The position numbers were made by a program, and so were the translations under genes. The notes under the pieces are model-generated. The model did no database searches. It had not been told where the DNA came from and saw only the letters and a list, made by a program, of their open reading frames with translations. Shown here in pieces: positions 1-10,287 of a stretch of 64,000 nucleotides of DNA. The DNA is from Acidobacteriaceae bacterium (GTDB taxonomy: Bacteria; Acidobacteriota; Terriglobia; Terriglobales; Acidobacteriaceae), in the NCBI GenBank assembly GCA_028283655.1, contig JAPWKE010000001.1:25082-89081 (forward strand), given 5' to 3'. Numbering within the stretch: position 1 is the stretch's first letter; each line of letters opens with the position of its first letter.

Positions 1-2538
<2,538 letters not shown>

Positions 2539-2560
2539 CTCTTCGATTCAAGTAAGTGGA

Positions 2561-2592
2561 AAGGCCTCGGAGTGAAATCCGGGGCCTTTTTG
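2561..2592 (+). terminator. rho-independent terminator after gyrB
   Basis: GGCCTCGG (2563-2570) pairs with CCGGGGCC (2579-2586) and is followed by TTTTT. Confidence 0.7.
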
Positions 2593-2809
2593 CTGCTTTT
2601 GGGGCGTTTTTTCGAAACCTTTTTGCGGGTTTTGAAAGCATTTTTTGCCAAAAATTGCATATATCTTGTTGCGACGGTCAAAGATCGCGGATATGCTGAC
2701 CCCATCTTTATATCAGTTTTTTGGATGCGCGGTCTTCTGTGAGGCCGCGTGTCTTTCTCTTACACAAAACAAAAACGTGTACGTCTGTTGGCTTTTCTGG
2801 GAGCTGAGA

Positions 2810-5002
2810 ATGAAGCAAGTGTCGCAGGGTCTGCGTAAGCAGATGTTGGCAGCGGTGTCTCTCACCGCAGCGGTAACTCTTTCTGGTTGTGCAATGGGGA
2901 ACCTGAACCTTTCGGGCGGTGCTGGAGGGGCGCAGAGCGTTGCGGTCAAGATGACCGGCCTCGTTCACGGTGGCCAGCAGCCCGTTTCCGGCTCAACGAT
3001 CGCGTTGATGACCATGGGAGCGACTGGATATGGCTCCGCAGGCAGCAACCTGATCCCGACGGGATCGTACGCCGTGGGTGGAGCCCCGGGCTGCTCGAGC
3101 GGTTCCTGCCAGACGACCGTTGTGACGGACGCAGGCGGCAACTTCACCATTACCGGGGACTACACCTGCCCGACGGCGAACCCGGCGGCACAGGTTTATC
3201 TGACCGCGACGGGCGGCAACCCCGGCCTGACGACGGGAACGAATAATGCGGCGATCAAGCTGGTGGCTCCGCTGGGTGCCTGCAATGCGCTGAGCAGCGC
3301 GACGACGGTTGTGGTGAACGAAGTGACGACGGCGGCGATGGCGTTTGCTGTGGGTCAGTTCTTCGGGACGCCGAGCAATGTGGACAACTTCGGCTCGACG
3401 GCGACGGCGCAGTCCGTGCTTGGCCTGAGCAACGCGATCGCGACGTACGGCAACCTTGTGGACCCGGCGAGCGGTATGCCGCTGGGTAGCAAGACGCTGA
3501 CTTCGGCGACTGGAACTGTCGTCGTTACGCCGGAGCAGGCCAAGCTGGCCTTGATTGCTGACATCCTGGCCGCTTGCGTGAACTCGACGGGGGTAAGCAG
3601 CTCGGAGTGCACGACCGTGTTTAGCGGTACGGCCGCCAGCGGGACGACGGTTACCGATACGCTGCAGGCTGCGGTGGAGATGAGCCTGAACCCGACGAGC
3701 ACGAACAACGGCACGTCCAGCATGGATGCGTTGTATGGCCTGGCCACGGCGACCTCGCCGTTTGTGGGCTATCGTCCGGCTTATGCGGAGCCGACGGATT
3801 GGACGCTGGGAGTTACCTACGGATCGAACAGCACGGTAAATACGTCCTACCTGATCACGAAGCCGGAGCATCTGGCGGTTGATTCGCAGGGCAATGTCTG
3901 GCTGGGCAATTATGCCGGCAGTGCGGCGACAGCAGGCAACAGCCTGACGAAGCTGAGCGGCGGAGCGAGCAGTGCTCCCGGAACCCCGCTGGCCCAGGCG
4001 CTGGTCGGTGTACAGACGGGCATTCAGTATGTGGCGATCGATCCTTCGGACAACGTCTGGTCGCCGCAGTATTACAGCGCGACCGGCACAACGGGTGGCG
4101 GAAGCTCGGTGGTGGAGTACACGCCCGCCGGTGTGACGAACACCTTCACGACAGGAGCTGCGCCTGACACGATCACCTTCGATGGCGCAGGCAATGCCTT
4201 CATTCTCGAGCCTTCCTACAAGGGCGCGGGTGAGTTGGATGAGTTGGCATACGGAGCCGCTTCGGGAGCGACGGCCAACGTAATCGCGACTGGTATCACC
4301 ACGGATTACTCGACTATCGGCATCGACAGCAACTTCACGATTTACATCAGTGGCGGTGGCTCGGCGACGACCGGTACCGGAACCTCGGGCTTCGATGGCA
4401 TCTGGGAGTTTGCCAAGACCGCTTCGACGACGACGGGCTACCCGAGCACGCCGACCGGTGCTGCTGTGGGCACGGCGCTTTCGCCGTACCAGACGGTTGC
4501 GGGTGTCACTGAACCGGAACCTCTGGCTATCGATGGCAGCAACAACGTCTGGTTTGGCAACTACGGCAAGTCGACGCTGGGTGCGGTTTCAGCCACGACG
4601 ACAGGAACGTTTCAGGCTCTGCAGGGCTCGCCGTTTACGACGACGAACCTTACGGCTCCTGAGCAGATCATCTTCGACGGCGACGGACATCTTTGGTCGA
4701 CTGAAGCGAATGCGAGCGGCAATGTGATGGAGTACACGGCGGATGGTGTTGCGATGCATCCGGTCGGGACGTCGATTGCGACCACTGGCTTTGTGCATAC
4801 TTATGCTGAGCCCTATGGGATCGCTATCGATCCTTCGGGCAATGTCTGGGTGGGCAACTATGCCACCGGCGCTGCTGCCACGGCGAGCGTGCTGGGCTTT
4901 GTGACGGAGATTGTCGGTGCTGCGGCCCCGACGATTACGCCGCTTGCTGCTCAACTGCCAACCACAGCGGGTGGAACCAACCGCACGGCAACTCGCCCGT
5001 AA
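2810..5002 (+). CDS. lipoprotein with beta-propeller (NHL-like) repeats
   Basis: Track ORF 2645..5002, trimmed to ATG 2810 (GGGAG at 2799-2803). This gives MKQVSQGLRKQMLAAVSLTAAVTLSGC, a signal peptide plus lipobox. The body has repeated GNVW(V/L/F)GNY blades. Paralog of 10288..12345. Confidence 0.85.
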   Translation: MKQVSQGLRKQMLAAVSLTAAVTLSGCAMGNLNLSGGAGGAQSVAVKMTGLVHGGQQPVSGSTIALMTMGATGYGSAGSNLIPTGSYAVGGAPGCSSGSCQTTVVTDAGGNFTITGDYTCPTANPAAQVYLTATGGNPGLTTGTNNAAIKLVAPLGACNALSSATTVVVNEVTTAAMAFAVGQFFGTPSNVDNFGSTATAQSVLGLSNAIATYGNLVDPASGMPLGSKTLTSATGTVVVTPEQAKLALIADILAACVNSTGVSSSECTTVFSGTAASGTTVTDTLQAAVEMSLNPTSTNNGTSSMDALYGLATATSPFVGYRPAYAEPTDWTLGVTYGSNSTVNTSYLITKPEHLAVDSQGNVWLGNYAGSAATAGNSLTKLSGGASSAPGTPLAQALVGVQTGIQYVAIDPSDNVWSPQYYSATGTTGGGSSVVEYTPAGVTNTFTTGAAPDTITFDGAGNAFILEPSYKGAGELDELAYGAASGATANVIATGITTDYSTIGIDSNFTIYISGGGSATTGTGTSGFDGIWEFAKTASTTTGYPSTPTGAAVGTALSPYQTVAGVTEPEPLAIDGSNNVWFGNYGKSTLGAVSATTTGTFQALQGSPFTTTNLTAPEQIIFDGDGHLWSTEANASGNVMEYTADGVAMHPVGTSIATTGFVHTYAEPYGIAIDPSGNVWVGNYATGAAATASVLGFVTEIVGAAAPTITPLAAQLPTTAGGTNRTATRP

Positions 5003-5026
5003 CCCTACGGACGAGTTGTTTCCCAC

Positions 5027-5052
5027 GAAGCCCCGGCAGTCGCCGGGGTTTC
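5027..5052 (+). terminator. hairpin terminator after lipoprotein gene
   Basis: GAAGCCCCGGC-AGTC-GCCGGGGTTTC stem-loop with a weak T tract. Confidence 0.5.
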
Positions 5053-5158
5053 GTGCGTTTACAGGGAGGTGCTTTCGATTATCGTTCGGGATGGGGCTGG
5101 AGAGAACGAAGCTTATCGAAAATACGGCGGATCGTTGGGTTTGATCATCCAACCTTCC

Positions 5159-7279
5159 ATGAGTTCTTTGCTTTCCTGGCGTTCCTGTTCTGTTGCTTTT
5201 AAACGGCTCCGCGTTCACTTCGTGAAGCCTGTTTCTTTTTCCCTGCTGGGCGTTGGTGTTCTGCTGCCGCTCAGCGCATTTGCTGCGGCCCCGCAAGCGA
5301 CGACAGCAAAGACGCCTACCGCTGCGGGAGGTACGCAAACTGCTGGAGCGGAGTCCGGTTCTGCGGCCTCTCATGCGAGCCCGGCTTCTGCAAACCTGCA
5401 GCAGCGAATCGCTCAACTGCCTCCGCTGAGTAATACGGGCGTGGAGGTAAAGCAGCAGGGGGATCTCGTACGCAATCATCTGGGCGATGTGCTGCGCTTC
5501 TATCGCAGCAGCACGACGAGCGTTCAGAAGACAGGTGAGCCGAGCGACATTCTCTACCAGGACCAGATGCGCTCGCAGGTGACGAGCGTCGCGCAGTTTG
5601 CTTTTGAGGCGACGCGGAATGTAGCAGCACTGCTGTCGCACGTTAGCGGCGATGATGCCACGTTGCTGAAAGCCGGAGCCAGCGAGACGAAGGACTCCGG
5701 GGATGCTGCACGGATGACGCAGGCGAAGGTGCATGCGCAGGAGCGCATGGCGACGTTGCAGCAGCAGAAGCTGGCGCTCGCAGCGCAACTCGATCATGCT
5801 ACGGCGAAGACCCGTCCCGAACTGCTGCAGCAACAGGAGCAGGTGGAAGGCGGGTTGGAGCTGGCGCAGGCCACGTATGACGCGCTGAACCGCATTACAC
5901 GTTTTTCGAGTGCGCAGAGCGGGCACTCGGGGTTGATGGGCGATATTGATCACCTGGAGGCTTCGGCGCCGGAGCTCTCGTCTGACTCGGTGGGGAAGAC
6001 GGTTTCGACGGCCCCGGTTAACAGTCTGGCGGAGGCGCAACATGCTGGTCTGGTGACGCAGGCGAGTGCGTTGTTCGATCTGCTGTCCACGCGGCGCACC
6101 ATCGACGAACAGCTTGCCACGCTTGAACAGTTGCAGAAGCAGGTGCAGGCGTTGCGCACGCCGTTTCTGAAGGTGCTGCGCAGCACGATGAGCCAGGGCG
6201 AGAAGCTGACGCAGCAGAATGTCGATCTGAAGGCAACGCCGACTTCTGACGCGCAGGACCTTACGAGCACGCGCAAGCAATTCGACCAACTGACGAACAC
6301 GTTCCGCGTGATGGCGGATGCGACCTTCCCACTTTCGCAGGAGTCGCTGATGCTGGATTCGACGCGTGGGACGCTGACTGGCTGGCGGGTCGCGGTGGAT
6401 ACGGAGTACCGCAGTATTTTGCGGTCGCTGCTACTGCGCGTTGGGTCTATTGCGCTGGCCCTGATTCTGCTGGCGGTGATTGGGCACTTCTGGAACCACG
6501 CGACGCTGAAGTATGTGACGGACCTGCGCCGTCGTCGTCAGTTGCTGGTGGTGCGGCGGATGGTGCTTGGTTTTGCGGGAGGCATTGTTCTGCTCTTTGG
6601 CTTCATCACGCAGTTCAGTTCGCTGGCGACGTTTGCCGGTTTCATCTCGGCGGGCATTGCTGTTGGCCTGCAAACAATTCTGCTCTCGGTGGCGGCGTAC
6701 TTCTTCATCGTTGGACGCTATGGCGTGCGCGTGGGGGACCGCATCACGGTGGCCGGTGTTACCGGAACGGTAATCGAGGTGGGGATCGCTCGCTTCTACA
6801 TGATGGAGTTGGTGGGGACGGGAACGGAGTTGCACTCGACGGGACGCGTGGCTGTGTTTGCGAACTCCGTGCTCTTTCAGACAGGAACGCCGCTCTACAA
6901 GCAGCTTCCGGGAACAGAGTATGCGTGGCATGAGCTGACGGCAAAGCTGAAGCCGGATGCCGATGCGGACGCGGTGCTGAAGCATCTTTCGGCGATTGTC
7001 GAGAACGTCTACAACGGCTATAAGTCGGTGATCGACGCGCAGCAGAGGCAGATTGAGGCGTGGGCCGGGACGGCTGTCGATCCGCCTCGCATTGACTCGC
7101 ATATTCGCCTGATGGACGACGGCCTGCAGGTTGCGTTGCTGTTCCCGGTGCAGATTGCCGATGCCGCCGAGGCGGATGCGGCGATTGCTTCGGTGATTCT
7201 GAGCGAGTGGAAAGACGAAGGAGTGTTGCGTACGGGGCTGTCTGCTACGCCGGTGATCAAGGCCGCAGTAAAGAGCTAG
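5159..7279 (+). CDS. mechanosensitive ion channel (MscS family) with long coiled-coil N-terminal domain
   Basis: The C-terminal half has TM helices followed by GVRVGDRITVAGVTGTVIEVGIARFYMMEL, an MscS beta-domain signature. The N-terminal half is Q/A/L-rich. The start is uncertain: the track ORF opens at GTG 5069 and I chose ATG 5159. Confidence 0.85.
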   Translation: MSSLLSWRSCSVAFKRLRVHFVKPVSFSLLGVGVLLPLSAFAAAPQATTAKTPTAAGGTQTAGAESGSAASHASPASANLQQRIAQLPPLSNTGVEVKQQGDLVRNHLGDVLRFYRSSTTSVQKTGEPSDILYQDQMRSQVTSVAQFAFEATRNVAALLSHVSGDDATLLKAGASETKDSGDAARMTQAKVHAQERMATLQQQKLALAAQLDHATAKTRPELLQQQEQVEGGLELAQATYDALNRITRFSSAQSGHSGLMGDIDHLEASAPELSSDSVGKTVSTAPVNSLAEAQHAGLVTQASALFDLLSTRRTIDEQLATLEQLQKQVQALRTPFLKVLRSTMSQGEKLTQQNVDLKATPTSDAQDLTSTRKQFDQLTNTFRVMADATFPLSQESLMLDSTRGTLTGWRVAVDTEYRSILRSLLLRVGSIALALILLAVIGHFWNHATLKYVTDLRRRRQLLVVRRMVLGFAGGIVLLFGFITQFSSLATFAGFISAGIAVGLQTILLSVAAYFFIVGRYGVRVGDRITVAGVTGTVIEVGIARFYMMELVGTGTELHSTGRVAVFANSVLFQTGTPLYKQLPGTEYAWHELTAKLKPDADADAVLKHLSAIVENVYNGYKSVIDAQQRQIEAWAGTAVDPPRIDSHIRLMDDGLQVALLFPVQIADAAEADAAIASVILSEWKDEGVLRTGLSATPVIKAAVKS

Positions 7280-7385
7280 GCGGCACAGACAGTGTCGTTT
7301 CAGCGTAAAGATAAGGGGAGGAGCGCCCATACTGTCCTCAGGAGACGCACCCTCGCTCACTCCCCAACCCTTATGACGGGGGATG

Positions 7386-7414
7386 TTGAATGTGGTTTAC
7401 GAGTCAGGTGTAAT
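7386..7414 (+). promoter_or_regulatory. candidate sigma70-type promoter (TTGAAT-N17-TGTAAT)
   Basis: TTGAAT at 7386-7391, a 17-nt spacer, then TGTAAT at 7409-7414. It lies about 64 nt upstream of the micro-ORF ATG. Confidence 0.35.
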
Positions 7415-7477
7415 GTTTTTTCTCTGCGTGCGTTTTCCTTGTAGAACGGCTTCTGCCGTGAGCGAAAGGAGATTGCC

Positions 7478-7549
7478 ATGACGCCGAAGTGCAACTGCCC
7501 CGAGTGTGAGTGCGTGGAATGCCGCTGCATCGAATGCCCTTGCTGCTAG
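7478..7549 (+). CDS. 23-aa cysteine-rich micro-protein MTPKCNCPECECVECRCIECPCC (metallothionein-like, or a polycysteine leader)
   Basis: AAGGAG at 7466-7471 sits 6 nt before ATG 7478, and the stop TAG is at 7547-7549. Nine Cys are arranged with (CxCxx) periodicity, and 8 of the 9 Cys codons are TGC. The ORF is too short to appear in the ORF track. Confidence 0.55.
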   Translation: MTPKCNCPECECVECRCIECPCC

Positions 7550-7565
7550 CTCCAATGAGAAGATG

Positions 7566-7603
7566 CGCTGGCGTACTCGAGTGCGCCAGCGTTTGAGGTT
7601 TTG
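7566..7603 (+). terminator. hairpin plus T-rich tail between micro-ORF and sigma gene (terminator/attenuator)
   Basis: CGCTGGCGTAC (7566-7576) pairs with GTGCGCCAGCG (7581-7591). It is followed by TTTGAGGTTTTG. The GAGG within that tail may also serve as the SD for ATG 7609. Confidence 0.5.
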
Positions 7604-7608
7604 TCACC

Positions 7609-8172
7609 ATGCCCCCAAGCGCGCTGGAAACGCTTCTGGAACGGCGAGAGCGTTTTCTTGGCTTTATCGCTCGCCGCGTCTCGAACCACGAACTTGCCGA
7701 AGATATTCTGCAGGCGGCGTACATGCGGGCGCTGGAGAAGGCGCCTACTGGTACGGACCAGGAGTCGATTGTGGCCTGGTTCTTCAGCGTTCTGCGGCAC
7801 GCGATTATCGATCACTATCGTCGGCGGCATACAGAAGCTGCGGCGATGGAGCGGTTGCTGTTCGAACTTGGGCCGGATGAGCCTGTGGTTGCGGACAGTT
7901 CGGCACGGAGGTTTGTGTGCGGATGCATCGAGCGGGTTCTGCCGTCCCTGCGGCCAGCGTATGCCGAGCTTTTGAGCGAGGTGGATCTGGCGGAGACGCC
8001 CCTGACGCAGTTTGCGCTGGCGCATAACCTGACCCCGGGAAACGCCGCTGTGCGAGCGCATCGCGCACGTGCGGCGCTGCGGAGAGAGCTGGCAAAGACG
8101 TGTGGATCGTGTTCGATACACGCGTGTCTGGATTGCGTGTGCAAGCAGCCTCTGCCGGCGCTGGGTGTCTAA
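7609..8172 (+). CDS. ECF sigma factor with Cys-rich C-terminal extension (CorE-like)
   Basis: Sigma70 region 2 (DILQAAYMRALEK..WFFSVLRHAIIDHYRRR) and region 4 (YAELLSEVDLAETPLTQFALAHNLTPGNAAVRAHRARAALRREL) are present. There is a linker CxC (FVCGCIE) and a terminal CGSCSIHACLDCVC. No anti-sigma gene is adjacent. Confidence 0.85.
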   Translation: MPPSALETLLERRERFLGFIARRVSNHELAEDILQAAYMRALEKAPTGTDQESIVAWFFSVLRHAIIDHYRRRHTEAAAMERLLFELGPDEPVVADSSARRFVCGCIERVLPSLRPAYAELLSEVDLAETPLTQFALAHNLTPGNAAVRAHRARAALRRELAKTCGSCSIHACLDCVCKQPLPALGV

Positions 8173-8184
8173 TTTGAAGAACGG

Positions 8185-9591
8185 ATGAGAATGAAGAAGC
8201 AGTATGTTGTTCTGGCAGGCGTTTGTGTCGTTAGCTCGCTGGCGACGCTGCACGCACAGTCATCACAGGTGATGACGGCGCATACGTTGCGCGAAGCGGT
8301 GTTGCAGCATGGGTCTTCGGGCACGAGCGTAGAGCCGCCGTCTACCCCTGTACCGATGTGGATGGGAGTGCGCTCCGGCTGGACGCTGATGCTGCATGGC
8401 AACGCGTTTGTGGCGAACGATCAGCAGCAGGCCGAGAGTCATCGCGGCCGTGATGGATGGTTTTCGACCAACTGGATTATGCCTATGGCGCAGCGGAAGC
8501 TTGGGCCGGGGCAGTTGACGGTGCGGGCGATGTTTTCGGCGGAGCCGGGGACGATGCAGCAGCGGGCCTATCCTGAGATCTTTCAGCAGGGCGAGACGGC
8601 GTATGGCAATCCGATCGTGGATGGGCAGCATCCGCACGCGTTCTTTATGGAAGTGGGCGCGCTCTACGACATCAAGATGGGCAAGGATGCTTTGCTGAGC
8701 TTTTACGTCGCGCCGGTGGGCGATCCGGCGATTGGGCCGACGGCGTATCCGCACCGTCAGTCGGCGAGCGAAGACCCGATTGCGGCTCTGGGACATCACC
8801 AGGAAGACTCGACGCACATTGCGTACAACGTGCTGACCGGGGGGCTGACGTACAAGTGGGTGCGCGCGGAGCTCTCGGGGTTTCATGGCGGTGAGCCGGG
8901 GGAGGCGCACTGGCACTTCGAGTCTTCGGCGAACGGGCTGGCGGTGGACTCGGTTTCGACGCGGCTGACGGTGGCTCCGACGGCGGATTGGACGGCGCAG
9001 TACTCGTTCGCGCACATTGCGTCGCCGGAGGCGTTGTATCCGCAGGAAGACCAGCAGAGGCAGACGGCGAGCGTGATGTATCACCATACGTTCCGCACGG
9101 AGGCTGCGCCGAGGATGGGCGGCGCGTCGATGCAAGGGACGTCGATGCAAAGTTCGATGGCAGGGATGGATATGAGCGGAGCGTCGATGAAGATGACGCC
9201 GCAGCCGCTGGAAGACCTGTCGATGACGGCGGTGTGGGGCCGGACACGGTCGCTGGACGCGGACGCGAGCAAGGAGAACAGCTATCTGCTGGAGGCGCTG
9301 TATCGCTTCCGCGGCCGGAACTACGTGTGGACACGCATGGAGAATGCGGGACGTTCGAACGAGTTGCTACTTGCGCCCGGAACGCCGCTGCCTGTGGGGT
9401 TCCACGAAAGCCCGATCGGGCATGTGGCCGCGTTCAGCTTCGGATATGACCGCGATTATGCGCTTGGGAAGCACATTCTGGCGGCGCCGGGAGCGCAGTT
9501 CACGGTGTATCGGACGCCGTCTCTGCTGACGTCGACGTATGGTTCTACGCCGACGGCAGAGGTGTTCTTTGTAAGGTTTCGGGTACGGTAG
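8185..9591 (+). CDS. secreted Met/His-rich protein, probable outer-membrane beta-barrel
   Basis: Signal peptide MRMKKQYVVLAGVCVVSSLATLHAQS. A Met-rich insert MGGASMQGTSMQSSMAGMDMSGASMKM is encoded at nt 9115-9195. His clusters include HPHAFF, GHHQEDSTH, HWHFE and MYHHTF. The rest has an alternating beta-strand-like sequence. The gene starts 12 nt after the sigma gene stop. Confidence 0.8.
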   Translation: MRMKKQYVVLAGVCVVSSLATLHAQSSQVMTAHTLREAVLQHGSSGTSVEPPSTPVPMWMGVRSGWTLMLHGNAFVANDQQQAESHRGRDGWFSTNWIMPMAQRKLGPGQLTVRAMFSAEPGTMQQRAYPEIFQQGETAYGNPIVDGQHPHAFFMEVGALYDIKMGKDALLSFYVAPVGDPAIGPTAYPHRQSASEDPIAALGHHQEDSTHIAYNVLTGGLTYKWVRAELSGFHGGEPGEAHWHFESSANGLAVDSVSTRLTVAPTADWTAQYSFAHIASPEALYPQEDQQRQTASVMYHHTFRTEAAPRMGGASMQGTSMQSSMAGMDMSGASMKMTPQPLEDLSMTAVWGRTRSLDADASKENSYLLEALYRFRGRNYVWTRMENAGRSNELLLAPGTPLPVGFHESPIGHVAAFSFGYDRDYALGKHILAAPGAQFTVYRTPSLLTSTYGSTPTAEVFFVRFRVR

Positions 9592-9603
9592 TGCTTCGGT
9601 CGG

Positions 9604-10083
9604 CTAAGCCTTGGCGAGTTCGGTCTTCACGAGCTCGCTGAGCAGCTTGCCGTCGGCGCGGACGCCATCGGCGAGCAGGCGCTGCTGGGCGATCTTCATG
9701 ACCGTGCCCATGTCTTTCGGGGAGGGGCTGGCTCCGCCGTTATCCGCGACAACCTTTGCGATCGCACCCTGGACGATGGGGAGCAGCTCCTCGGCACCAG
9801 CGGCCTTGGGCATGTAGGCTTCGATCAGCTCAATCTCGACCTGCTCTTTGGCGGCGAGTTCGGGGCGGCCGCCCTTGGTGAACTGGTCGATGGACTCACG
9901 GCGCTGCTTGAGCATGGTGGTCAGCATGGACTGCTCTTCGGCGTCGGTGAGGGGCTCGCGCTTGTCGATCTCGCGCGATTTGAGTGCGGACTTCACCAGG
10001 CGCAGGGTGGTGAGTTTGTCGGCTTCCTTCGCCTTCATTGCGGTGATGATGTCCCGGTCGATCGTTGTTCCAATAGCAGCCAT
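9604..10083 (-). CDS. GatB/YqeY domain protein
   Basis: MAAIGTTIDRDIITAMKAKEADKLTTLRLVKSALKSREID..EIELIEAYMP is typical of YqeY. I trimmed the GTG 10101 start to ATG 10083, which is preceded by AAGGAAG. Confidence 0.9.
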   Translation of the reverse strand: MAAIGTTIDRDIITAMKAKEADKLTTLRLVKSALKSREIDKREPLTDAEEQSMLTTMLKQRRESIDQFTKGGRPELAAKEQVEIELIEAYMPKAAGAEELLPIVQGAIAKVVADNGGASPSPKDMGTVMKIAQQRLLADGVRADGKLLSELVKTELAKA

Positions 10084-10237
10084 TTCTTTCACTTCCTTCA
10101 CGCGACAGTGTAGCAGTGCCTCGAAGAGAGGGTAGCTCTGCGGGAGTGGGGAACTGGCCCGGTGCGCCGCTTGTCGAGATGGTTTTTAGCGGGGGCTCGG
10201 GGTGTGGTGTTTGGTGTTGTCTCCGGTTGAGGCAAAG

Positions 10238-10272
10238 AGAAAGGCCCCGAACCAATGGTTCGGGGCCTTTCT
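10238..10272 (-). terminator. hairpin terminator downstream of 10288..12345
   Basis: AGAAAGGCCCCGAACC pairs with GGTTCGGGGCCTTTCT in a perfect 16-bp stem. A T-rich tail follows on the minus strand. Confidence 0.7.
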
Positions 10273-10287
10273 GCTGCTTGTTGCGGA

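Noticed and set aside
2645-2809. N-terminal extension of the lipoprotein ORF (track start 2645)
   Set aside because: The extension is AT-rich with non-coding-like composition (MPKIAYILLRRSKIADML...). The ATG at 2810 gives a canonical signal peptide plus lipobox with an upstream GGGAG.
4589-6289. 566-aa minus-strand ORF
   Set aside because: It is an Arg/Leu/Gln-rich shadow frame opposite the lipoprotein 3' end and the MscS gene, and it has no recognisable domain.
7478-7603. Classical Trp/His-style attenuator with a mutually exclusive antiterminator
   Set aside because: The best alternative pairing between the micro-ORF and the 5' arm of the hairpin is only about 7 bp and includes 2 G-U pairs (7509-7515 with 7571-7577). 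That is too weak to call, so I kept only the looser read-through hypothesis.
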